NCBI GenBank assembly: GCA_951406725.2
Contig: OX597814.1
Coordinates: 127,968,001-128,032,000 of the forward strand
Origin: Octopus vulgaris
Lineage: Eukaryota
Length of the DNA: 64,000 nucleotides
Reading direction: 5' to 3'
Every line of letters begins with the position of its first letter. The first letter of the stretch is position 1. Below, piece after piece: positions 39,878-52,400 of this stretch. The notes beneath the pieces are model-generated. The model made no database searches. It was not told the DNA's origin and was given only the letters and a program-made list of their open reading frames with translations. A program made the translations under genes and the position numbers.

Positions 39878-40089
39878 GAATGCCATGATGGACCGTTAGC
39901 TCCTACACGCATTTTTTTCTCTCCTTGTTTCTCTCCTTGTTTCTTTTCTGTGTATCTTTCTGTCGAAGAGCGTAGGCTCGAAACGTAAAAGACTTGTTCT
40001 ATTTCTATTCCTGAGCGCCATACTAATACATTTGCTTGTTTGTACTCCACCTGCCTTCGTCTTTTGCTTATTTTCGTAAACCTTCCCAT
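39872..40089 (+). mobile_element. TA-flanked short repeat with a hammerhead-like motif (probable Penelope-like pLTR remnant), copy 2
   Basis: Contains tcttt-ctgtcgaa-GAGC-gtag-GCTC-gaaa-cgta-aaaga. Confidence 0.62.
39955..39992 (+). ncRNA. Candidate variant minimal type I hammerhead ribozyme
   Basis: Stem I UCUUU/AAAGA, core CUGUCGA(A), stem II GAGC/GCUC, GAAA, palindromic ACGU stem III, GUA site. The core deviates from canonical CUGANGA. Confidence 0.42.
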
Positions 40090-40122
40090 TATATATATAT
40101 ATATATGTACGTATGTATGTAC

Positions 40123-40153
<31 letters not shown>

Positions 40154-40189
40154 TGTATGTATGTATGTATGTATAAATATATATGTATG

Positions 40190-40223
<34 letters not shown>

Positions 40224-41518
40224 TATTTATATCATCATCAACGTTTAATGTCAGCTTTCCAGCTTCCCATGGTGGTATGAGTTGGATGGTTTGACATGAA
40301 GCTGGCTAGCAGGAAGCTATCCAGACTCCAGCTGTCTGTTGAGGCATGAACTCTATGGCTGGATGCCCTTTCTAATGCCAACCACTTAATAGAGTGTGTT
40401 GTGTGCACATTACATGCCACCAGCATGGGTGTAATTATGCAGCATCAGCACAGGTGTTTTTTAAGTGGTACTGACACCTGAGAGGTACTAATACCTGTAT
40501 GTGTGGAAGACAGCAATTTTACTTAGCTTGGTATGTCTTACATATGTACTAATTAGTTTGGAAACTTATTGGGTGTGTGTGCATGCCTGTGTGGTTAAGA
40601 AGTTTACAGCATACCAACTACATTGTTCCAGGTTCATTCCCATTGCACAGCACCTTGGACAAATGTGTTCTACCATAAAATTTGGGTTACCAATTCTTTG
40701 TTAGTAATCTTTAGTAGATAGAAATCGCATGTGTGACTGCGTGTGGCTGTGTAAACAATAATTCATGCAATACTGATGTGAAACTCCTTCCCCACAAAAA
40801 TAAAAAAACAAAAAACCCAGCAGCACATGGAAGAAAAATACCTTGTGGTATTTGTTTTTCTGTGTTGCAGATACTCACCTGCTAATCTTGCCATTGGAAA
40901 TGCAGTGATTGGTCCTTTGGAAACCTAAAGTCAACAACGCCGTTATTCACAAAGTGCTTTACCCTAGATATCCCAAACTGTTCTAGATTTTTTTCTTTTT
41001 GTATTCTTTTGAACTTCTGTTATGACACAAAATATACATTGTTCTCTTAAGTAAATCAATTTCCATATTAGAAATATAAATAGTACAACATTACTAAAGA
41101 TATTTATCATAAGATGTGATTTCAGTAAAAATACAGGCTTTGCATCTACATTCAATAAATCTATTTCACAAATAGAAGGGATTACTAATAGATGTTTGAA
41201 CTAAAACCATATCTGTGTCTCTTTTTGTTCTGTTTTATGTCATTTGCCTCAATTGCACTGTTGAATTACATCACATAATTTCTATAACACAATCTGTACC
41301 AATTTGTAACCATTTTTACAATTATTTTCAAATGTTACATTTGACATTTCATACCAGTCAACATTTGATGACTTTAAAAGGTCAGAAAATTAGATTTAAT
41401 ATTCAATAATTCTATAATACATTTACACTTTTTTACTATAAGCACTAACCTAACCAAAGGCTTGCGAGTGGATTTGGTAGATGGAAACTGAAAGAAGCCC
41501 ATGGTGTGCATGTGTGTA

Positions 41519-41572
<54 letters not shown>

Positions 41573-41575
41573 CAA

Positions 41576-41666
41576 ATAGAAAGATAGATAGGTAGATAGC
41601 TAGACAGATAGATAGATAGATGGATAGATAGATAAATAGATAGATAGATAGATAGATAGATAGATT

Positions 41667-41721
<55 letters not shown>

Positions 41722-41722
41722 G
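41576..41722. repeat. (GATA)n microsatellite
   Basis: Read directly from the sequence. Confidence 0.95.
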
Positions 41723-41816
41723 AATAAAGTTAAACCTAAGCAGTGTCCTCTTGAAGCACATCTGCTTATTTCACTATTCAAAATTTGTAAGTAGATGCTA
41801 TATTTGTGTGAAGTAT

Positions 41817-42038
41817 ACTCTTTTACTCTTTTACTTATTTCAGTCATTTGACTGTGGCCATGCTGGAGCACTGCCTTTAGTGGAGCAAATCAACCCCGGG
41901 ACTTATTCTTTGTAAGCCTAGTACTTATTCTATCAATCTCTTTTGCCGAACTGCTAAGTTACGAGGACGTAAACACATCAGCGTCGATTATCAAGTGATG
42001 TTGGGGGGACAAACACAGACACACAAACATATACACAA

Positions 42039-42101
<63 letters not shown>

Positions 42102-42246
42102 TTCGACGGGCTTCTTTCAGTTTCCATCTACCAAATCCACTCACAAGGCTATAGTAGAAGACACTTGACCAAGGTGCCACACAGTGGGACTGAACCCAGA
42201 CCCATGTGGTTGGTAAGCAAGCTACTTACCACACAGCCACTCCTAC
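41817..42246 (-). mobile_element. SINE family A
   Basis: Reverse-complement match to family A. Confidence 0.85.
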
Positions 42247-42730
42247 ATATTTATAAGAGTTGTAAATATTGCAAAATATTTTCTGTAGAGTGATGATATC
42301 AAAATAGGAGATTGGAAAATTTTGGAGTATTATTACATGTGTTTCATTTGGTAATAGGAATTACAAAATTGTACTTGTAGGAGAAATCATTATCTCTTAT
42401 TAAAAATTCTTCGGACAGAGAATCAAATGAGCACAGTGATGTCTCGATATATGAGTTAATTTATTTTTGGAGACAACTCGTAAAGCAGAGCAATAATTTC
42501 CCATAGTAGCAATGTTATAAATCATAATTCCTTCCCAGAAAAATATTTTATCTGTAAAATTTATAATACTTATAAATAAATAGCAATAAAACAACAGTAG
42601 AATGAATCAATCCCAGTTTAATATATATTTTTAAACTGCTTTAAGATATTGTATTACATTTTGGCGACCCCAAAATTATTCTATATGTATATTATGTATA
42701 TTATATCTATATATATCATCATCATCAGCA

Positions 42731-42829
<99 letters not shown>

Positions 42830-42966
42830 CAAAATAAGCAACAAGGATATCCTTGTTGCTTATTTTGATTATAATCACCTTATTTTAAATTGTATAGATA
42901 ATACCATACTAAATTCTAGTGCCTCAACTTAAGTACCATATTCATCTGAATCTAAATTTACATATA

Positions 42967-43369
42967 TCTCTCTATATATATATAAAGCTGACGTTGTCTG
43001 TGTATGGCAGGTTTGGTAGCCTCCAACTAACACTATCTCCTCCGAGACCCTATGGCACAAGTTGACCAAAATTGAGATTGTGATAGAATAAGGCTTGCTC
43101 TTCCTTCTGTAGAAGATAAAATTCAAATTGGACCATGTTAACACCAAAAATTATTTACATCAAAAAGGTGCTTTTTTTTCTATGAAAATCCCTATGTTTT
43201 ACGATTTTTTGACTGCTGTGTCGTCATTTTTCGGTGCATCTCAACCAGAAAAATGTTCTCTTAAAGAGAATAACAAGGTACATAATGCAACATTTTTACT
43301 TTTCAAAAATTCCAATTCTAAAGGATCGAAAAGAAAACAAGCTCGAGCAATGCTGGGCTATACTGCTAG
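42967..43369 (+). mobile_element. Non-autonomous Helitron (family 2)
   Basis: Same family as 15845-16237; ends CTAG/T, 85 bp before the first coding exon. Confidence 0.82.
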
Positions 43370-43483
43370 TATATATATATAGCCAATAGAAAGCATTATT
43401 TTTGATTTTGTAGTCAATTTATTAATTATATTCTTTTCCTTTTGAACTCTTTAGGTTTGCAAAACCAAGTTACACATGTTAAA

Positions 43484-44222
43484 ATGACAAGAATGCCTTC
43501 AAATAACTTAAACAAGCATCTATTTTTATATATTGCATTATGTATAACTGTTGTCTGTGTTCAATGTCGGGAAACTGCAGATGAAGACATCGTTAAGAAA
43601 GGACGTGATGTCATCAATAATTTATACCAACGTTTCCCGGGAAAAGAAGTTGACCTTGTCTTTATACTTGACCGATCAGCCAGTATTCCACCCCAAGGTT
43701 GGAGTTCTATGATAACATTTATCCGTTCCATTCTTGAACATTTCTCAGTGACTGGAGAACATACAAGAGTTGCTGTTATAACGTATGGTTCCCATGTTAG
43801 TTTGGAAATTAATGATTTAAATGAGAAACACACTACAAAATGTTCTTTAATGAAACAAATAAAACAAAGACTAGAAAAGAAAGTAATGGCAGGTTATACT
43901 GCCACCTATGATGCTTTGAAAAGAGCACAAAGTATTCTTTTAAACTCAAGGCGAAATGCCAAAAAGGCTGTTTTTGTCTTAACTGATGGAAAATCAAATG
44001 TTGGCCCAAATCCTGTGCGGGCTTCACTGGAAATCCGTGCCCTTCGTTGGAATAGCAAGTGGAATTCTACAGCCCATGGTCCTCAAGTTGAAATTTATGC
44101 ATTTGGCATCAAAGATGCTAACTTACCCGAGTTGGAATACATTGCTTCACAACTGAAGAACCATACATTCTTCATTCCTGATTTTTCGACCTTCTCACTT
44201 CTTGCCAGACAGCTTCATAACG
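43484..44222 (+). CDS. SVEP1: SVEP1-like coding exon 1: signal peptide and VWA domain
   Basis: Acceptor ...ctctttag at 43454; ATG at 43484 (or 43493) followed by hydrophobic [16 protein letters not shown]; MIDAS residues DRSAS, T (GYTAT) and D (VLTDGKSN); donor G/gtaagt at 44223. Confidence 0.92.
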
Positions 44223-47200
44223 GTAAGTACATTTATATATATAGGTGTATATTCACTAATATTCTGGCTCTCCCTCTCTCTCCACTTCTCACTGCCCTCT
44301 CTCTTCCTCTTTATTTCCATTCTCCTCATCCTTTTCTCATTCTTTCTTTCTCTCTCTTTTTTGTCGTTACTACATTACTCTACTCTAGTTATTATCACTA
44401 TGATGAGCTGACAAACTGTTTACTTCATGGTTATTTTGCCTCTCTTCCTTTTATTATCCCTACTCTGTCACAGTTCCCAAACCAATCCTAAAACACTTCA
44501 CAGAAATCTCTTATTTTCAGATCTGTAAGTCTGTGTTCTCCCTTCAGATCTCAACCTGCAGAAACTTAAAATAAACATCAATTACATTCATCTGATCCAT
44601 ATGAAAGGGTCTTCCACCACTTATTCTTTATTGGAAATTTAAACAGAAAAAAAATTATTCTTATTCCTTTAAATTACAGAAATACTTTAATCAAATTTTA
44701 CTGTTTTTGCTGTTTGTATCCTGGTTTTGGAATAGACACAATCATGTGTCTAAAGAGTTAGGGACAAGAAAGGCATATAGTTGTACAACAATGCCACAGA
44801 AAATTTGTCCTGTGCGTGTTAGCATGGAAAGGCAAATATAAAATGAGGATGAGTATGAAAATATGAAATTAAATTTTATCATTTCAGGCAGTCAGAAAGA
44901 AATCTGGGAAGTTGCAAACAGGAATTTCTGTAATGAAAAATGTTCTAAGAATGCTGTGTGTTCATGTGGAACAAGGGTTGGTCAATACCAGTGCATCTGT
45001 AATGCTGGATATGAAGGTGATGGTATCACATGTAAATGTAAGTATTTTATCATATACTGAATATTTTAATTTCTTACCATTATATTTTGTATTCTTCAAT
45101 CCTTACTATGGTATTGATCAATGTGGGCGTCACATCACAATCATACTATTTCCATTGTTTGTTCTCTCCTAGTTACAAAGTTTATAACTGTCTTTATTGA
45201 TAACCAAAATGCCCAAGAGAACTTCTACGCAGTTACTCACTGCACTCAAAATTGCAGTAAAGCCTCCTTTGACTCACACCTTATCATCTTAGAGAAATAT
45301 GATGTGACTACATAATTGAGAAGCCTGCTTCAAGGCTATGTTTGTTTTAGATTCATTCTTATTGTATGCCCTAAGGCAAGTATCATCTGCTAAGGATTTA
45401 GGTTGACCAATGCTATGTGAATGAAATTCAGGAAATGGAAACAATGGATGTTGTGTGGAGCCCCTATTCCTGTTGTTGGTGGTACACATAAACTGTTACC
45501 CTGTTTAACACACCATCAGGCCCTTGGGTACCTTTAGTGAAGTTTTTTTTGTTGTTGTAAGCTTTGGAGCTAAATCTCCAATCTGAAAATACTTTTTCTC
45601 TGGTTTTACAGACACTTCAAAAGGTCATTGGCACTGTTTTTCTTCTTTAGGTTGAAGTCACATGATATTAAAAAAAAAAGAAAAAGAATTACAGTAAACA
45701 TTGGAAGTTCTGAAGTACAAAAGGATGTGATAGCCATAGCTCGAATGTTTTTGGTCATGAAACTGTTTCACCAGGAGTGACCTGTGGCTAAATAATAAGA
45801 AATAGAACTACATAGGTGTTTGTGCATGAGTGTGTGTGCATGTGCATATGTGAATCAGTACACATGAGTGAATTTGTGTGTGCGTGGGGTGTGTGCATGA
45901 GCATGTGAATATAAGTACATATGTGTGGGCAAAAAAGCATCAATTTGATGAGTCAGTGAGTTACTGATGTCATAGTTGCATATATAACATCCTGTTATTT
46001 TCCCTTTAAAGACAATACTGTATTTGTTGAATGATATTTGACCATTACCATATTGGTCAGGTCATACAATCAAAAGTGCTTTTCTTATTAGCTAATCATC
46101 ATCATCATCAAAATCATCATCGTTTAACGTCTGTTTTCCATGCTAGCATGGGTTGGACTGTTTGACCGGGGTCTCGGAAGCCAGGAGGCTGCATCAGGCT
46201 CCAGTCTGATCTGGCAGTGTTTCTACAGCTGGATGCCCTTCCTAATGCCATCCACTCCGTGAGTGTAGTGGGTGCTTTTTACGTGTCACTGACACGGACG
46301 CCAGTCAGGTGGCGCTGGCATCAGTTATAGGAAATTATTATCTACAGTTCTTCCTGTTAATGAGTGGCCCCACTCATTTAGCTTCTATATGTTCACACAC
46401 TTTACCATCCTTTAACTGTTGAAGTAAATCTGTCTCAATCCATTAGATTGGAGTTTATCCCACTTTCTAAGGCATTTAAACAACTGAGAATATTAGGGCT
46501 TTCCTCTGAACAAGAGCCTTGTCTGTTGCTGCTTTGACTCATAGCTGTAGCTGGTACTCGTTTTAAGTGAATTGAAACAATGTGATATGAAGGGCCTTAC
46601 TCAAGTAATTAACAAACCTCTTGATCTAAGGATCAAATTCACCACCTGATCTCTTGGTAATTGCATGACCTCGCCTCCAATATCTAAAGCCCTACACCAT
46701 ACCTTCATTTTACTCTTGAAACCTGATATTAAATTATATAAATGGTAATAACTACAGTTCTAGAGAGGAATGTTTGAGGGAAGTGTTTAGTAGGAGTGGT
46801 GTAGGAGTGGCTCCTATTTTGATATCATCACTCTATAGAAGATATTTTGCAATATTTACAACTCTTATAAATACGTAGGAGTGGTTATGTGGTAAGTAGC
46901 TTGCTTACAAACTACATGGTTCCAGTTTCAGTCCCACTGCGTGGCACCTTGGGCAAATGTCTTCTACTATAGCCTCAGGCCAACCAAAGCCTTGTGAGTG
47001 GATTTGGTAGATGGAAACTGAAACCCGTTGTATATATGTATATATATATGTTTGTGTGTCTGTGTTTGTCTCCCCAACATTGCTTGACAACCGTCCCCGT
47101 AACTTAGCAGTTTGGCAAAAGAGACCGATAGAATAAGTACTAGGCTTACAAAGAATAAGTCCTGGGGTCGAATCGTTCGTCTAAAGGCAGTGCTCCAGCA

Positions 47201-49406
47201 TGGCCACAGTCAAAATGACTGAAACAAGTAAAAGTGTAACGAGAGAGTAAAGAGTACATGATTTTAGAGTTGAGAGAAATTAGAGACAGCAGGAAGAAGA
47301 GTAGTGAGTGCATTAGGTGTTCCTTGGTAGAAATGGGGGTCACAGTATCAAGCACATTTGCTGGAGCCCACACATTATGAGGTAGTTATTGGTGCATAAA
47401 TATTTGATAAACATTCAAAGAGACACTTTTCTTTTTTGGATGTCCGTGTATATAGCTGAGCTATATTTCACATAAAGTTATGCCTTATGTAATCATCATC
47501 ATCATCATCATCATCATTTAACGTCTGTTTTCCATGCTGGCATGGGTTGGACGATTTGACTGGGCTGGCACACTGGAAGACTGTGCCAGGATCCAGTCTG
47601 ATTTAGCATGGTTTTCTATGGCTGGATGCCTTTCCTAACACCAACTACCCAAAGAGTGTAGTGGGTGCTTTTACATGCCACTGGCACAACAACGATTTGC
47701 TCAGCTTGATGGGTCTTCTTCTCAAGCATGACATAATGCCAAAGGTCTTCGTCATTGCCTTTGTGAGGCCCAACACTCAAAAGAAGCTTGACCACTTTGC
47801 TTTCATGAGGCGCCAACACTTGAAAGGAGCTCAGCCACCTTGCTCAGTGAGGCCTGCTCAAAAGGAATTCAGCCATCTCACCTCTGTGAGGCCCAACACT
47901 CAAAAGGAACTCAGCCACTTTGATTCCATCAGGCCCAACACTCAAAAGGAACTCAGCCACGTGCTTCTGTGATGCCCATACTTGAAAGGAGCTCGGTCAC
48001 TTTGCCTCCCCAAGGCCCATTGATTTCAAATTTTGGTGCAAGGCCAGCAATTTTGGGAGAGGTGGTATGTTGATTACATCGACCCCATTGCTCAACTGGT
48101 ACTTACTTTATCAACTCTGAAAGGATGAAAGGCAGAGTTGATCTTGGTGGTGTTTGAACTTAGAATGTATGGATGGACATAAATGCTGCAAAGCATTTTC
48201 TCCAGTGTGCCAACAATTCTGCCAGTTTGCTGTCTTTATGTCTTATGTAATTCTGATTTCAAATTTTGGCACAAGGCCAGCAATTTTGGAGGCTGATAAA
48301 ATAACTGCTACTTATTTTATTGACCCTGAAAAGATAAAAGCAAAGTTGACCTTGAACTTAGAATGTAAAGATGGACGAAATGCTGCTAAGCATTTTGTCT
48401 GATATCTTAACAATTCAGCCAGCTTACAAACCTGATGCCTTATGCAATATTAGTAACTATTTTACATTAAAAAATTATCTAGCCCGAAAGAGAAAGCCTG
48501 ACTATGTTATTAACGAGTAAAAGGAGTTTATGTATGTATATACTTTCAAATTTATTTTTGCCATGAATTAATTATAATTGCTTCAGTTGTAATTATAATT
48601 AATCTCCAAAGACAAATAATTCCCATTATTGATATTCCCGTTTGTTTTGCAGTGTGTCAAAAAGGTTACTTCAAAAGATCATTAAGTCCTGGAAAATGTC
48701 AACCATGTCCTCACAATTCCACTACCTTCAAGGAAGGAGCTGAAATTATTACAGAATGCATTTGTCATCCAGCTTACTACAGAGAAAGTCCAAGTGATAT
48801 CTGCAGATGTAAGTTCTTATGTATCACACTTCTGTCTTTTGATGTAAAACCAAATACACAAAACCATTTTTACATTCATCGTGATTTTCTGTCGAAAGAA
48901 AATATGTTCTAAATGTTGGTATTATTTTCTGATTTCAGTACATTATTGTGAGAAACTGAAAGATATCAAGCATGGCTACAGTTTTCATGTTGAGGGAGCC
49001 ATAAAAGATGAAGTACCAAACACAAATATTTCTTGTAAAAACACGCCTAAAGATTCCTGCCATTATCAGTGTGATGTTGGTTACAGACTAGATTCTAATC
49101 CAGTGTTAATATGTGAACCCAATGGAACTTGGTTCGGTACCGTTCCAAAATGTAGAGGTAGGTGCAGATATTTGTTACTCTTACTCTTTTTACTCTTTTA
49201 TTTGTTTCAGTATTTGACTGTGGCCATGCTGGAGCACCGCCTTTAGTCGAGCAAATCGACCCCAGGACTTATTCTTTTGTAAGCCTGTACTTATTCTATC
49301 AGTCTCTTTTGCCAATCTGCTAAGTTACGGGGAAGTAAACACACCAATATCGGTTGTCAAGCGATTTTGGGAAGACAAACACAGACACACAAGCACACAC
49401 ATACAC

Positions 49407-49471
<65 letters not shown>

Positions 49472-52400
49472 CAATGGGCTTCTTTCAGTTTCCGTCTACC
49501 AAATCCACTCACAAGGCTTTGGTCGGCCCGAGGCTATAGTAGAAGACACTTGCCCAAGGTGCCATGCAGTGGGACTGAACCCGGAACCATGTGGTTGGTA
49601 AGCAAGCTACTTACCACACAGCTACTCCTGTGCCTATTGTCTGCTTACAACTCTGAATTGTCATTCTATCTCTTATATGATCTGACTTTGATGGATTTTC
49701 ATGGTGTGTGTAACTGTATATGTGTGTAGATACAGATATAGCCATGTTGTTAAGGAGATTGCTCTTTAAGCTTGCAGTTCTTGGGTTGATCCCATTGCAT
49801 GACACTTTGGGTAAGTGTATTATGCAAATCTATTGTAACCTTGTGAATGAAATTTGGTGGAAATTTAGTTGGCAGAAAGCCAATTTTGTCATTATTTAAA
49901 GTCTGTTTTTCTTGCTGGCAATAAGAAATTAAATAACTGACAAGGGAACAAGAAATTATGTAATGAAGTTCAATAGCTTAAAACTGTTTCTTATTTCTTT
50001 ATTGCCCACAAGGGGCTAAACACAGAGGGGACAAACAAGGACAGACAAAGCAATTAAGTCGATTACATCGACCCCAGTGTGTAACTGCTACTTAATTTAT
50101 TGACCCCAAAAGGATGAAAGGCAAAGTTGACCTCAGAACGTAATGGCAGACGAAATACCTATTTCTTTACTACCCACAAGGGGCTAAACATAGAGGGGAC
50201 AAACAAGGACAGACAAAGCGATTAAGTCAATTACATCGACCTCCAGTGTGTAACTGGTATTTAATTTATCGACCCTCAAAACGATGAAAGGCAAAGTTGA
50301 CCTCGGCAGAATTTGAACTCAGAACATAACGGCAGACGATATACCGCTAAGCATTTTGCCCAGCTTGCTAACATTTCTGCCAGCTCGCTACCTTAATAGC
50401 TTAAAACTGTTTCTGCAACAAGATGCAATGTACTCATAGCTGAGTGCTTGCATATTTACTTTATAGCTCCATTGGCACCATACTGGGCAACTACCAAGTG
50501 ATAACAGGAACACACATTAACAAGGAGCTTGCAACTCTGTATCTGCAGGGGCAAGTTAGTACAAGTCAGTGGCTTCTTTTACTGGATCAGTGGTCTTGTT
50601 AAGATATTTTGGGTCTAGTTTGGGCCAGATCTGTAGATAAACAAGAATTGGGACATGTTTGTGAATATGGGAACCCATGTCACTCTATAATGGACCAAAA
50701 GGATGATATGTTTGAAAGTTTGAGCAAAGGCAAAAAATGCATACATTGCCTCTATTATTTATTACTGACTCTACCTTTCTGTATTTTTCATCTGACCAGA
50801 TGAGAATGTCAGCTCTTTTGTTTCTTGCGAAAATGGATGTCATCTATTGATCAGAAGGATCATCTGATGCCTGCATTCTGTTGCCCAGAAGGCTCAGCAT
50901 GCTATGGCCGATAGTGAAAAGGTATACACTGAGGCCATGTATCTACAGGCATTCTTGTGAGGTGGGCAAATTGATAGGGTCTCTGTTTGCCAGACATATC
51001 TGTCCATAAATTAGAAGATGGTCAAAGACCAATATTTGATGCTGATTATCAGGAATATGTTTATGCAATGTAATTGGTGATACAGTGATCCTTGCATTCT
51101 GCTTCTGTGGAGTATTAATGGTGTTCAAGGTTAAAGAACACTCTTACTAGACACATACTTTGTAATAACACTAATAGCAGTTTAATTACAAATGGACATC
51201 TTCAGAAATCTGAAGTTTTGTATATTTGATTGGTTGTCCTTGATAGCACTGATAATATTGTCGTTGCTGTTGTTGTTGATTCACTTCAGGCCATCCCAGC
51301 TGGAGTTACCTTACAATCAAAGGCATTCTATTTGTGAATCCCACCTATTTGTATATCAATGGTTAACTACATTCCCCACTGTGTCCTTTACTATGTAAGA
51401 TGGTAGGAAGGTGATGGTGAGTTGGAGAATCATTAGACTATTGGAGAAAATGGTGGAGGCATGTGGCTTAGTGGTTAGGGTGTCAACATCATGATCGTAA
51501 GATTGTGGTTTCGATTCCTGGAATGGGCGAAATGTTGTGTTCTTGAGCAAAACACTTCATTTCACGTTGCTCCACTCCACTCAGCTGGCAAAAATGAGTA
51601 ACACTGCGATGAACTGGCATCCTGTCCAGCTGGGGAACACATATGCCATTGAAATCAGGAAACCAGGCCCATGAGCTTGGCTAGGCTTTAAAAGGATGTA
51701 TTTATTTATTTTTTTTTTATTGGAGAAAATGTCTGGTAGAATTTGTTCTTGATCTTTATGACCTAAGTTCAAATCATATGGGGGCTAACTTTGCCTTTCA
51801 ACTCTCTGGGGTTAATAGAAAAACATATCAGTCAAGTACTGGGATTGATGTAATCGTCTCTCCCCTTCTTTGAAGTTCTGGTCCAGTGCCTCAGTAAGAA
51901 ATTTTTAAGATAATAAGATGTGAATTGAGGGGAATGTGGCTGTTAATTCTGGCAGGTTAGGCAACTATGTAAAGGCAGTTTCCATGGCTTGTATTACTGA
52001 CTATTTTATCAGAAAGTATGTGTGTGTTCCAGATAATTCGTTGCAAAAACTGTAGTTGTTGTCACACCTCTAAAAATAAATATTGTTTATCAAGACTAAC
52101 ACTTAAATCAATATAGCAAAACAACAAATATATCGATTTAATAAAAATGTAAATCAACTATTTTAATATTTTTTCTTATATGGTTTCAATCATTTCATAA
52201 CTTTTATTTCACATAAATTTATTTTCTTTATTTCTCATAGTTGTTGATTGTAAAACATTGACTGAAATTGGTGAAGATGTTGAAAATGGAAACATCGAAT
52301 ATCCTAACAAGACCACTACATATGGCTCGTATGTAAGGGTAAACTGCCGATCTGGTTGGCAGGCATTTGGAGACAAAGTACGAAAGTGTAACAACCATGG

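Noticed and set aside
40850-40930. Splice-like signals (+ strand acceptor at 40870; minus-strand 46-nt exon candidate)
   Set aside because: No partner exons or coding signal; such motifs arise by chance.
44223-44491. Hydrophobic C-terminal tail of the 349-aa ORF, resembling a membrane anchor
   Set aside because: Read-through past a strong gtaagt donor into CT-rich intron. An intron-retained isoform cannot be excluded but has no support here.
47760-48020. CRISPR-like regular repeats
   Set aside because: Contiguous degenerate units with no unique spacers, inside a eukaryotic LINE UTR, and no cas genes.
50460-51130. Possible ancient CR1/L2 LINE remnant on the minus strand
   Set aside because: Too degenerate to read any diagnostic motif by eye.
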